From positions 64,001 through 128,000 of the forward strand of contig JBMNIF010000001.1 in the NCBI GenBank assembly GCA_050950765.1: a stretch of 64,000 nt of DNA, written 5' to 3'. Below, in pieces: positions 28,778 to 38,223 of the stretch. The translations under genes were made by a program, and so were the position numbers. Numbering within the stretch: the stretch's first letter is position 1; the number at the start of each line of letters is the position of its first letter. Under the pieces are notes generated by a model. That model was not told the DNA's origin. It saw only the letters and a list, made by a program, of their open reading frames with translations, and ran no database searches. This stretch comes from Bdellovibrionota bacterium. GTDB lineage: Bacteria > Bdellovibrionota_C > UBA2361 > JAAYZI01.

Positions 28778-29954
28778 AAGCTAACTTATAAACAGTTTTA
28801 AAGTCTAAGCCGCTTTCTGCAGCAACTTTCTTAACACTTTCATATTCAGGATAACGTCGCACCAACTCTCCCCAGCGACACTCTTTGATAGTAACTACAC
28901 CGAACGGCAACGTTACCTCCTTACTCTGTCTCTCCATGCAGGAACGGTATAGCGGAAATTTGCGAAGTCCGATTGAAGTCGTTGTTTTAAAAATTACCTC
29001 TTCCAAAGTTGGGATTAATGCCTCATCAGCTATAACACGTAAGATCCAAGCTGGACGATTCTTCTTCATAAAACACGGAATGTAATGTACATCACGAGCA
29101 CCGTGCTCAAAAAGCTCTTCCAGTGCCGTTGCTAAACACTCTCCGCTAGCATCATCGATATTGCTTTCGAGCATCCAGATATTTTCTTCGGAGTCCTGTT
29201 TTTGAATTATCGGAGTTAATAAAAAAGCCCGCAAGATATTTGGTCGTCCAAAATCACGCTTACCCGCACCGATGCCGATACCGTTGATCGTACAAGCTTG
29301 CGGTTTCGTGCAATTTTTAAGTGCTGCCACGATGGCAATCCCAGTTGGTGTTATCATCTCTCCGCAAGTTTCAGTTATCCTTAACGGAATCTGATACTGT
29401 TTAGCAATTTCAGTAACGGCAGGTACAGGGATAGGTAGATCTCCATGTTGACATTTAACTAGACCTGCTCCTTCAGTAAGAATAGAGCAGGCAACTTTAT
29501 CTATCTTAAGGTTATCAATGCAGTACGCTACGGAAAGGATGTCCATAATGGAATCAATGGCACCTACTTCATGAAAGTGCACTTTTTCAAGGGGTTCTCC
29601 ATGCACAGTAGCTTCTGCTTTTGCTATGATATTGAAGATCTTTTTTGCAATGTTACGCGCTTTGTCTGTTAATAAAGCTTCATCAATAATCTTTTCAACA
29701 TCGTTAAGATGGCGGTGCTTATGTGGCTCTAAGGTCGTGTGTGAATGATCGTGTCCATGAAGGTGAACGTCAAAGTCACAAGCTAAAATACCGTGATTGT
29801 TTAGATGTGATATTTTATAATGACAACCTTCCAGATGAAGAGAGGCAAGCATCTGCTCTAAGCCGTCTCTATCTGCACCCAGATCTAACAGGGCAGCAAC
29901 CGTCATATCTCCGCTAATCCCGTTTGAGCAATCAAAGTATAAAACCTGTTCCAT
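28740..29954 (-). CDS. larC: Nickel insertase for nickel-pincer cofactor
   Basis: FDCSNGISGDM, His-rich linker, HFHEVGAIDS, HGDLPIPVPA, TPTG, ESNIDD, PEYE. Confidence 0.95.
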   Translation of the reverse strand: MEQVLYFDCSNGISGDMTVAALLDLGADRDGLEQMLASLHLEGCHYKISHLNNHGILACDFDVHLHGHDHSHTTLEPHKHRHLNDVEKIIDEALLTDKARNIAKKIFNIIAKAEATVHGEPLEKVHFHEVGAIDSIMDILSVAYCIDNLKIDKVACSILTEGAGLVKCQHGDLPIPVPAVTEIAKQYQIPLRITETCGEMITPTGIAIVAALKNCTKPQACTINGIGIGAGKRDFGRPNILRAFLLTPIIQKQDSEENIWMLESNIDDASGECLATALEELFEHGARDVHYIPCFMKKNRPAWILRVIADEALIPTLEEVIFKTTTSIGLRKFPLYRSCMERQSKEVTLPFGVVTIKECRWGELVRRYPEYESVKKVAAESGLDFKTVYKLACDEQNNASKKLP

Positions 29955-30051
29955 TTTATAAGATATCTCTCTTGTAAAGGTTATCTCCGTTAAGTCTGCA
30001 ATAATAATTTTAAAATATTACTACCTTGTTTAGCAGCAGCTACGACATAAA

Positions 30052-30726
30052 TTAACTTTTTTGCATCCCTCTTAAAATCCTGCAAGCAGTAACTGCAGCA
30101 CCATAACCGTTATCTATATTCACCACAGAGATCCCTTCAGCGCAAGAGTTTAGCATCGTTAGAAGTGGTGCTAATCCTCCAAAAGAAGCCCCATATCCAA
30201 CGGAGGTCGGGACAGCTAAGATCGGTACAGAAACAAGTCCTGCTATGACGCTGCCGAGCGCTCCTTCCATTCCAGCAACGGCTATTACAACATTAGCTTT
30301 TTTTATATCATCTATTTTTGAAAGGAGTCGGTGAATTCCTGCTACTCCGATATCGTAGTGGCGATTAGCTGTTGCGCCGAAAAACTCCACACTTTTAGCA
30401 GCCTCTTCTGCAACTGGGATATCAGCAGTGCCACCACTACAGATCGCTACCACACCATTAAGTACAGTCTCTCGTTTCTTTGGTGTCATGATAATTTTCG
30501 AAACGGGATCAAAAACGAGATCAAGTCCAGCATCTTTTAAAAATAAAAATTGTTCTTGTGTGCAACGTGTGCCGAGCACAGGACGACCTTTTTTAATAAA
30601 AGCTTCAAATATTTTTTGTAACTGTTCGCAACTTTTTCCTAAGCAGAAAACAGTTTCTTCTATACCTGTTCTGTTAGGACGTGAGTGGTCTAATTTTGCA
30701 AATCCCAAGTCTTCAAAAGAATTCAT
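30052..30726 (-). CDS. larB: Nickel-pincer cofactor carboxylase/hydrolase (AIR carboxylase-like)
   Basis: GTADIPVAEEA, DIGVAGIHRL, AGMEGAL, PTSVGYGAS, LNSCA, VVNIDNGYGA. Confidence 0.95.
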   Translation of the reverse strand: MNSFEDLGFAKLDHSRPNRTGIEETVFCLGKSCEQLQKIFEAFIKKGRPVLGTRCTQEQFLFLKDAGLDLVFDPVSKIIMTPKKRETVLNGVVAICSGGTADIPVAEEAAKSVEFFGATANRHYDIGVAGIHRLLSKIDDIKKANVVIAVAGMEGALGSVIAGLVSVPILAVPTSVGYGASFGGLAPLLTMLNSCAEGISVVNIDNGYGAAVTACRILRGMQKS

Positions 30727-30858
30727 CTTTTATCGTCCAATAATTATAAAGTAGCTATCCCAGTTATTTAATCCTACATCAAAAGGATTTTTTTAAAAAC
30801 TTAGTAAGATGCGCATACTTTGTAAAAAACAGAGAGTAGCTTTTATAAGTAAAACCTT

Positions 30859-31884
30859 TCACAGTTGGATAATAAAAATTTCAGGATGAAAACCACCTTG
30901 AAAAACCTTTCGTCTATGGACGACCTTAAGGTGTTGTTGTGCTATGACCTTTTCCAGATTTTTTATATCTTGAGTGATTAATCCGATGCGAGCAGTACTA
31001 ACAGTGATGCGTTGTGCTTCCTGCAAAAATTGAGAGTATAACTCTAAGTTCTCCTGTCTACTTCCAATGTTTTCGCCCCAAGGTAAGTCTGCTAGAACGA
31101 CATCAAATGAGCCATCTGCAAAAGATGTTTCTCTTGCATCCATCTCGAACACTTCGACATCGCGGATATTAGCATTTTTTAGGTGATCTCGGCAGTATCC
31201 CAGCACTTCACTGTTATTATCAATACCTACGATACGAGAAAGCTTTCTACGTTGAGAAGCTTCAATTAAAATAGTGCCAGATCCGCACATGATGTTAATG
31301 AGTCTATCATCTTTTTTTATCCCTGTTAGGTCATATAAAACTGCAGCGAGAACAGGATTTAAAGCACCTTGAAAGTTATGAGTTCTCCACGCTTTTGCAG
31401 ATAGTGGACGAGATGAAAGCCTGATTAAAACCTCCCAAGCTTTTCCACTCGGATGTTTTCTAAAGCGTAGTAAGAGGTCGCCGTTCTCCTTATCAAAAGT
31501 TAATCCGGTAAAGTGTTCGATCTTGGAGGCGATCTCAGAGTATGTTTTTGAATCACTACCAGCAGCGTTTATGCGGAATGTTTTTGCGGGGAAATCCAAA
31601 GAGTTTTTAATAGCTTTTAAGATGTGTAAATTGATATCTGCCAAAATATCTGCTTTGAGTAAGCTACCCGGCCCTTTAACAGGGAAACACAGTAGGTAAT
31701 ATAGTGATAGAACTTTCCTTAAACTTTTTAATTTTGTGTAATCTTCTTCTGCAACAAAAACCACAGAATCTGAAGTGTCTGTCTTAAAGATCTGCAGCTT
31801 ATCGCCCAGTTTAAGCAACTCTTTTTCTACTAAATCTTTAGTACCATCTAAACAGGATGCTTCAAATAATAGTGTGTTTTTCAT
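30859..31884 (-). CDS. THUMP-type SAM-dependent RNA methyltransferase (RlmL/Trm14-like)
   Basis: RPLSAKAWR, GALNPVLAA, MCGSGTILIE, DLPWG. Confidence 0.8.
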   Translation of the reverse strand: MKNTLLFEASCLDGTKDLVEKELLKLGDKLQIFKTDTSDSVVFVAEEDYTKLKSLRKVLSLYYLLCFPVKGPGSLLKADILADINLHILKAIKNSLDFPAKTFRINAAGSDSKTYSEIASKIEHFTGLTFDKENGDLLLRFRKHPSGKAWEVLIRLSSRPLSAKAWRTHNFQGALNPVLAAVLYDLTGIKKDDRLINIMCGSGTILIEASQRRKLSRIVGIDNNSEVLGYCRDHLKNANIRDVEVFEMDARETSFADGSFDVVLADLPWGENIGSRQENLELYSQFLQEAQRITVSTARIGLITQDIKNLEKVIAQQHLKVVHRRKVFQGGFHPEIFIIQL

Positions 31885-32004
31885 GGTGTTAGAGACCCGT
31901 TTTTTGTGTTGTAATGAATCAATATCTTACGCTAAAACACTTTAGAAAATATAGGGCGATCTTTTCCGATATTACAATAAGTGAATATTAATGGAGTTTT
32001 AAAG

Positions 32005-32940
32005 ATGAAAAGTTTAACGAAAGTTAGTGACATGACTAAAGAAGATGTCGAATTGATAATGACACGAGCACGGGCGTTCGATGAAGCCTATTCTAAAGGT
32101 GTGCGTAGAGATGATATTTTACACGGTAAAGTGGTTGCTATGGTGTTTGAAAAACCGTCATTACGTACAAAGGTTGCCTTTGAAGTTGCCGCAACGTATC
32201 TCGGCGGTACGCCGGTGTTTCTTTCTAGCTCTCAGATCCTCGCTAGCGGCAATAATGTTAAAGGGAGAGAATCAATTCCAGATATCGGAAGAAATTTAGA
32301 GCGTTTTTGTGATCTGTTAGTAGCTAGAGTTTACAGTCATAACACAATTATAGAGCTTAGAGATTCTATCACTATTCCTGTTATTAATGCTTTGTGCGAC
32401 AAGCACCACCCGACACAAGCGCTAGCTGATCTTTATACGATAAGATTGAAAAAACCAGCTTATCCTAAGATTAAAGTTTCTTACGTTGGTGATGGGAATA
32501 ATGTAGCAACTTCCTTGATGCAAATCTCTGCTTTAATGGGGATGGATTTTGCGATAGCAACGCCAAAAGGTTATGAAATCCCGCAAAAAGAACGAGAAGT
32601 GGGAGAGTCGTTTGCTGCACAAAGTGGATCAACGCTACACTTTTTGCAGCATCCTGAAGAGGCAGTTGCAAATGCCGATGTTGTTTATACCGATACTTTC
32701 GTTTCTATGGGGCAAGAAGAGGAGACTCAAATTAGAAGAGACGCCTTCGCAGGGTATCAAGTAAACCTTAGTTTGTTAAAAAAAGCTAAGCCTGATGCGG
32801 TTTTTATGCACTGTTTACCGGCACATCGTGGTGAGGAAGTAACAGATGAAGTGATGGACTCTGCGCAATCCATAGTTTTTGATGAAGCAGGTGCAAGGCT
32901 ACATATCGCCAAAGCTTTAATATCTTTAATGTTGGAATAA
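32005..32940 (+). CDS. argF: Ornithine carbamoyltransferase
   Basis: FEKPSLRT, HPTQALAD, GDGNNV, DTFVSMG, FMHCLPAHRGEE; ATG 32005. Confidence 0.92.
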   Translation: MKSLTKVSDMTKEDVELIMTRARAFDEAYSKGVRRDDILHGKVVAMVFEKPSLRTKVAFEVAATYLGGTPVFLSSSQILASGNNVKGRESIPDIGRNLERFCDLLVARVYSHNTIIELRDSITIPVINALCDKHHPTQALADLYTIRLKKPAYPKIKVSYVGDGNNVATSLMQISALMGMDFAIATPKGYEIPQKEREVGESFAAQSGSTLHFLQHPEEAVANADVVYTDTFVSMGQEEETQIRRDAFAGYQVNLSLLKKAKPDAVFMHCLPAHRGEEVTDEVMDSAQSIVFDEAGARLHIAKALISLMLE

Positions 32941-32962
32941 ATCGTTAAGATAGAGTGAAAAG

Positions 32963-32998
32963 AAAAAAGGCTGCTCAAATAATTGAGACAGCCTCTTA
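32963..32998. terminator. Terminator between convergent argF and terC-like gene
   Basis: AAAAAAGGCTG-CTCAA-ATAA-TTGAG-A-CAGCCT. Confidence 0.6.
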
Positions 32999-33026
32999 CT
33001 TAATCCATTAAAGGCGGTATAAAAAA

Positions 33027-34043
33027 TTAACTCCTCTTTTTCGCTACGATACTAGCGAAAGCAGCGATACCGATCAGGAAGAGGATGATAAAAATAGAAT
33101 ATAAAGGATCGATCTCCATATATTCTAATCCAGGGATACGTTGACAGATCGCTGTTGTCATCCCTACTTCTGCGTTTGGATCTACTTCTGCAAGGTGTAT
33201 TAACGTTTCACAAGAGTGAGCAACCATCTTTAGTCCTGCAAAAATTAAGACTGCTGCTAAGCCGTAATGTAGATACTTTAAGTCAGCGATCAATCCAGCT
33301 AACAAAACGTAAAGAGCACGGAGTCCTAAGATGGCAAAAGCGTTAGAGCTGTAAACTATGAAAACCTCTTGTGAAAAGGATAGTGCAGCAGGCACTGAAT
33401 CAATGGCAAAAACTATATCAGTTAATTCAAGTGCTACGATTGATATCAAAATGGGGGTCATCTTTAACTTGCCATCTTCATGCACAAAAAAATGTGCTGT
33501 TTCAGGGTTTTTACTGATGGGCAGATGTTTTGAGAGCCAATTCACGATGGCACTCTCTTCATCATCACTATGCTTTGCAAAAAACGCTTGAATTCCAGCG
33601 TAGAAAAGTAAAAGGGCAAATATTATTCCGACGGCAGCCCACCGTTCCAGTGCGGCAGCACCCAAATATATAAAAATGGCACGGAAAACTAATGCTCCGA
33701 GAATACCCCAAGCTAACGCCGTTCGTTGGAACTTTCTAGGGATCTTCATCGCTCCAAAGATGAGGAGGAACACAAAAAGGTTATCTACACTAAGAGCTTT
33801 CTCTATAAGATAGGCAGCAAGGTATTCATTGCGCGCCTCGCTACCCCATCTGAAGTGTACATATAAGGAGAAAGCCAAGCCGATGCCGACCCAGATACAG
33901 CTCCAGATGGCAGCTTCTTTTTTGGAGCTGCCGTGATCGTTTCTCTGAATCCATAGATCAACAAATAATAGAGAGAAAAGAAGAATGCAAAAAAATCCCC
34001 AGTCCATTGGGGTAGTATTAAAATCAGGTAATGATGTTCCCAT
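33027..34043 (-). CDS. TerC/Alx family metal homeostasis membrane protein
   Basis: YLIEKALSVDNLFVF, GILGALVFR, ELTDIVFAIDSVPA, SNAFAILGLRALY. Confidence 0.93.
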   Translation of the reverse strand: MGTSLPDFNTTPMDWGFFCILLFSLLFVDLWIQRNDHGSSKKEAAIWSCIWVGIGLAFSLYVHFRWGSEARNEYLAAYLIEKALSVDNLFVFLLIFGAMKIPRKFQRTALAWGILGALVFRAIFIYLGAAALERWAAVGIIFALLLFYAGIQAFFAKHSDDEESAIVNWLSKHLPISKNPETAHFFVHEDGKLKMTPILISIVALELTDIVFAIDSVPAALSFSQEVFIVYSSNAFAILGLRALYVLLAGLIADLKYLHYGLAAVLIFAGLKMVAHSCETLIHLAEVDPNAEVGMTTAICQRIPGLEYMEIDPLYSIFIILFLIGIAAFASIVAKKRS

Positions 34044-34197
34044 AGTTTATGTGTCCGTATAAAAATTGTGATAAGAAATTATATCGCGCGGAATATAGCA
34101 CCATTGTGAAAACGGTAGAAGATGCCTTTTTTCTCACTTTATCTGATAGAGATTTTAGAGTAAATTGCCTTAAGACTTTTTAAATGAGGATAAAACA

Positions 34198-34935
34198 GTG
34201 AAAGGAGTATTTCTTCAACAACAACTTGAATTCCGATTGAATGCGGAAGGTGATTTTAGGCAGGGTTCTGCCATAAAATGTGAGATGTCTGTAAAAAACC
34301 ATCTTGCAGAAGATAGGGTCTTAAAAAACTTAGCACTCTGTTTAGCTTTGGGCGATTTAAAAAAAGTTAAACGAAAAGAACAAGATGCCTTTACTATTGT
34401 ATCTGCTGCAGAGTTGCCGCTTGAGGTGCACTTGAAAGCGGAAGATACGGTGAATTATTCTTGGACATTCACGATTGATCCTAACGGTGTTATTAGTGAT
34501 AAATCTCAAAGTTTATATATTTTATTCGGAAATAGTGCGAATCTTGATGTTTTAGGGCAGTTGCCACTTACCGTAACACCGCATCAAGATATCGTCGAGG
34601 TGTTGGCAGTTTTTGAAAGCGCCTTTAATTTCGTTGTAAAAGGGAAAAAATCATCAAAAGATTGGCTCTGTATAAAAATACAACCTGCCGCTGCGGCGAA
34701 GTATTCGATGTTGGATCAATTAACACTCTCTACACACTTCGACGGAGAACTACTAAAATTAAAATATGTTTTTGATCTGAAAAGATTTGAAGCTACTGCG
34801 TCATCTCTCGGTGTCAGTAAAAAGAAAAGTACTGTTTTGCAAGATTTTCCCGCTGAACAGTATAAGCGAGATGGTTTTGTAGATCACGGTGTGATCGAAG
34901 AGCAGATCAATGCAGCTTTAGCAGAGGTGATATAA
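34198..34935 (+). CDS. Hypothetical protein
   Basis: 245-aa ORF, GTG start with GAGG RBS. Confidence 0.7.
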   Translation: MKGVFLQQQLEFRLNAEGDFRQGSAIKCEMSVKNHLAEDRVLKNLALCLALGDLKKVKRKEQDAFTIVSAAELPLEVHLKAEDTVNYSWTFTIDPNGVISDKSQSLYILFGNSANLDVLGQLPLTVTPHQDIVEVLAVFESAFNFVVKGKKSSKDWLCIKIQPAAAAKYSMLDQLTLSTHFDGELLKLKYVFDLKRFEATASSLGVSKKKSTVLQDFPAEQYKRDGFVDHGVIEEQINAALAEVI

Positions 34936-34952
34936 ATATTTTTTAAAGGTGT

Positions 34953-36149
34953 TTATCCGTTCTGTACTAATGGCTCACTTAAACTTTGATCCGCTGAGAA
35001 GTGCTCTTGTAACAGATCTTGATAAATAGCGTTATAATCAGCACCCATAGCGTTAACATAGCGCGGCTTGGGGAGTTGCCAACTTTTCCAATCTTCATTT
35101 TGCAAAAACCATTTTAGTGCTGCAACTAAGGAAGCTTTATCTCCTGCTTTGAACTTCTTACCGTTTATTCCATCATCAACACGCGCTTTCATAGCACCGA
35201 TATCAGATACAAGCGGCACCACATGACCTTGCCACAACTCTGACAATACTAAACTGTAAGTTTCCGGAAAGAGAGAGGGGATAACTCCAACGTTTATATT
35301 GGAAAGAATCTTGGGTAGTTCACTACGTTTATAAAGTCCGTGAAAACTGATATTGGGACGTTTATAACTCGGATCAGGCACACCGCCGTAAATATGAAGT
35401 TGAGCATCAGGAAATTCCGCTTGCACATCGCCGAAAGCTTCTAACAACATCTCCCAACCTTTTTGTGGCTGCATAGTCCCGATATAACCGAAGCGAAGCC
35501 CCGTCCAGTTGCGTGAAGGATCTTGAATAGTAAAAGGTTTAATGCCGTTTTCTATGACCGTAAACTTATATGGGAAAACTTGTTGTAACTGTTCTGCTAA
35601 ATATTGAGAGGGTACGATCAGTTTTTTTACGTAGCGAAAACTACGGATTAAATTATTACGTCGACTAATTAGATAATCAGAGATATCAGCATCAAAATAT
35701 TGTAAAGAATAATCCTTCGAAACAAGCTCTAAGGGGTTCTCTGCACCCTGCATAGTGTAGGACGGTGTAAGTGCGTAATAGTCGTGAAAATTAACAACTA
35801 CTGGCACACCTTTAGCTGTGGCTTGATCTATTATTGAAAGAGGCCAGTTCAGGAAGTGTTCAAAGTGAATTATATCTGGAGAGACACGATTTAAGATCTG
35901 CGCAAACGCCCACTCACTTTTTTGGGTGTGATACGGTGCAATTAGATCAATCTGATCCCCAGGGTAACGTAATAATCCTGCTCCATCTTGCATTAAAACT
36001 ATGGAGTTCCCATCGGGAAAACAAACGGAGATCTGATAATTATTTCTCAGGTATGAGACTAGAAGTTTTACATGCTCCTCAACACCTGCTTTGTTATTGT
36101 AGCCGTGCACTACAAAAAGAAGTTTTGGTTTTGTTTTAATAGCCCGCAT
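34953..36149 (-). CDS. Glycosyltransferase family 4
   Basis: AGVEEH, PDIIH, FHDYY, GYIGTMQPQKG, PSLFPETYSLVLSE, SDIGAM. Confidence 0.88.
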   Translation of the reverse strand: MRAIKTKPKLLFVVHGYNNKAGVEEHVKLLVSYLRNNYQISVCFPDGNSIVLMQDGAGLLRYPGDQIDLIAPYHTQKSEWAFAQILNRVSPDIIHFEHFLNWPLSIIDQATAKGVPVVVNFHDYYALTPSYTMQGAENPLELVSKDYSLQYFDADISDYLISRRNNLIRSFRYVKKLIVPSQYLAEQLQQVFPYKFTVIENGIKPFTIQDPSRNWTGLRFGYIGTMQPQKGWEMLLEAFGDVQAEFPDAQLHIYGGVPDPSYKRPNISFHGLYKRSELPKILSNINVGVIPSLFPETYSLVLSELWQGHVVPLVSDIGAMKARVDDGINGKKFKAGDKASLVAALKWFLQNEDWKSWQLPKPRYVNAMGADYNAIYQDLLQEHFSADQSLSEPLVQNG

Positions 36150-36662
36150 TTCTACGCCTTATAAAAATCTTTCAGCGTTGCAGGGCATGGTAGTCTTATT
36201 TCTATTACTGCGCAAGAAAGTAAAAAAATCAGATTTTTTATGTAGTTATCATGATGATAAAATTAAAAATACAGTCGGAAGAGCGCAGATATGTTTTTCA
36301 AACGCCTTTTAAATATTGAATCCGATCCGCATGGTGTTGTGATGTAAGAAAATTTTTTTCCTACAAGATTATGATTTTATATGTTACTGTGTAAGGAAGT
36401 AAGACCGTTGTGTGTATGTAGTGTTACAGGTTTTCTTCTGAAGTATTTTTATTTAAGCGCTGAAAGTGTTGCTTAATAAATTAAAATACTTGTGGTTATG
36501 CAGATTGAAGTGCTTGTTAAGGCTTCTAATTTAATTATTTACACCTAAGAGTAACGCAATATCTTACATCTTTATTTGTAGCGTAAGAGATGGCTTGCTT
36601 CTGGCGGGTGTGAGTAGTTTTTGCTTTAATAATAATCTGACATTTGGTAAGCGGGTGTAGAG

Positions 36663-36896
36663 ATGAGAAAAAAGAATCTAAATAGGGTTAAAGAGCAGGT
36701 CTTAACCGCATTACATTATCCTGAAGCAGAAGACGGGTTGTTCTTTAGAAACTTCTTCTATGTTCACGAAGAAGATGATCGACCTGTTGTAGAGGCTGAT
36801 CAAATTGATATCCTTAAAGCTTTAAATGAATTGGTTAAAGAGGGTGTTGTTAAGATAGATGACTCGGAAGAAGAGATGATCTTCTCTTTAGCTTGA
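36663..36896 (+). CDS. Small hypothetical protein (possible winged-helix)
   Basis: 77 aa, ATG start; ILKALNELVKEGVV. Confidence 0.65.
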   Translation: MRKKNLNRVKEQVLTALHYPEAEDGLFFRNFFYVHEEDDRPVVEADQIDILKALNELVKEGVVKIDDSEEEMIFSLA

Positions 36897-36919
36897 TAGT
36901 GCCTGTTTTGTAAAAATCA

Positions 36920-37150
36920 CTATCTTCGTTTTATAATCGGGATGGTGTAATAGATCTCGTCTAAGTCGTAGTTTTGAGCGATTTCAAAGTAGTTCAAAGA
37001 GTTCAGCTCTGGATAATATCTTTGGACGGTCTTTAGTTTAAAAAGAAGGAGGTCCTCTCTAAATGCGCGCACTCTCTGCGCTTCTGACACTTTGCTAATG
37101 TATAGTGTTACAAAAATTGAAAACATGGCAAATAAGAAAGCTGCTGTCAT
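36920..37150 (-). CDS. Small hypothetical membrane-anchored protein
   Basis: N-terminal hydrophobic helix, AAGGA RBS. Confidence 0.55.
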   Translation of the reverse strand: MTAAFLFAMFSIFVTLYISKVSEAQRVRAFREDLLLFKLKTVQRYYPELNSLNYFEIAQNYDLDEIYYTIPIIKRR

Positions 37151-37278
37151 CTTGTAAGTCCTTTTTAGCTAGGTAAGATATCTCCCCGTCTAGCTCTAAT
37201 TAACGGCATAACTGATAGAATTCTTGACCTGATTTTCGAGTTTTTTGAAGTTTTTAAAGGCGTTTTAAAGAAGTGCCG

Positions 37279-37365
37279 TTGGTGCCACCATTTTTTGTGG
37301 CGGTTTTTACATTAAGAAAGATGGGTGTCATTAGTACAGACGGGGAATTTGGTGCCCCTTCAGCT
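37279..37365 (+). repeat. Degenerate remnant of repeat family A cores
   Basis: TTGGTGCCACCA, ATGGGTGTCA and AATTTGGTGCCCCTTCAG match the sub-motifs of array 2. Confidence 0.55.
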
Positions 37366-37600
37366 AGGAGATTTTGGGAAAGTGTCTATATTGGAGGAAG
37401 TCAGGAATAGAGCTTTTGAGGTAAAAAATTTAGAGTTATTTCATTTTTTTCATTAGATATGGTTGTTGTAACTATATCAATTCGTTATGCTTTATGATAT
37501 CTTCCCTGCGGTCTCGGGAGTTGCAAAGCATAGGTACAAAGTTTTTAGTTTACATCAAGTTGTTATCTTGTTGCGTTTATATTTTATCTTGAGGGGATAA

Positions 37601-38221
37601 ATGTCACGATCTTCTTTGAAGTCACTTCTGTTTTTTTCGTTCATTTTAGCTTTTATACCGTTACAGATAGCCATCGCTCAAGAAAAAGAGGTTGTCGGAT
37701 ATATTGAAAAGGTGCGCTTACATCCTGAAAAGATTTTAGCTCATGCTAAGCTTGATACGGGAGCAGATATATCCGCTTTAAATGCTGAAGATATCGTTGA
37801 ATACAAAAAAGATGGTGTGCCGTGGGTGCGTTTTACGATTAGGAATCGTTTCGGAGAGCAGTTCCGTCTTGAAAGGGAGATTAAACGTACTACACGTATT
37901 AAACAACATAATAGACCGAGTCAAAAAAGATACGTTATCCGTTTAGGAATCTGCTTAGGGTCTGCCTATATGGAGGAGGAGGTCTCTCTTGTTAATAGGT
38001 CTCAATTTACCTCTCAGATGTTGGTAGGCAGAAGCTTTCTAGCTGGTAATGTTATAATCGATCCAGCGCAAACATATATGGTTGAACCGACGTGTCGGAA
38101 ATCTCCTTCTAAAACTGAAGTTAAGAAAGTTAAAAAAAATAAAAAGGTAGAAGATACACAGAAGCAGGAAGGACAATCTGTAAAAAAAGTTGAAGAAAAA
38201 ATTATTGAGAAGGAAAAATAA
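37601..38221 (+). CDS. Secreted retropepsin-like aspartic peptidase (RimK-associated; often annotated as putative ATP-dependent Zn protease)
   Basis: Signal peptide, AKLDTGA, RYVI, EVSLVNRS, LVGRSFL. Confidence 0.85.
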   Translation: MSRSSLKSLLFFSFILAFIPLQIAIAQEKEVVGYIEKVRLHPEKILAHAKLDTGADISALNAEDIVEYKKDGVPWVRFTIRNRFGEQFRLEREIKRTTRIKQHNRPSQKRYVIRLGICLGSAYMEEEVSLVNRSQFTSQMLVGRSFLAGNVIIDPAQTYMVEPTCRKSPSKTEVKKVKKNKKVEDTQKQEGQSVKKVEEKIIEKEK

Positions 38222-38223
38222 GA

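Noticed and set aside
32005..32940. N-acetyl/N-succinyl-ornithine carbamoyltransferase because of SLRT instead of STRT
   Set aside because: The DxxxSMG ornithine-binding motif, HPTQ and HCLPAHRG are typical of ordinary OTCase
34044..34197. yybP-ykoY (Mn2+) riboswitch upstream of the TerC/Alx gene
   Set aside because: The characteristic GGGGAGUA-type motif and stems were not found on the minus strand
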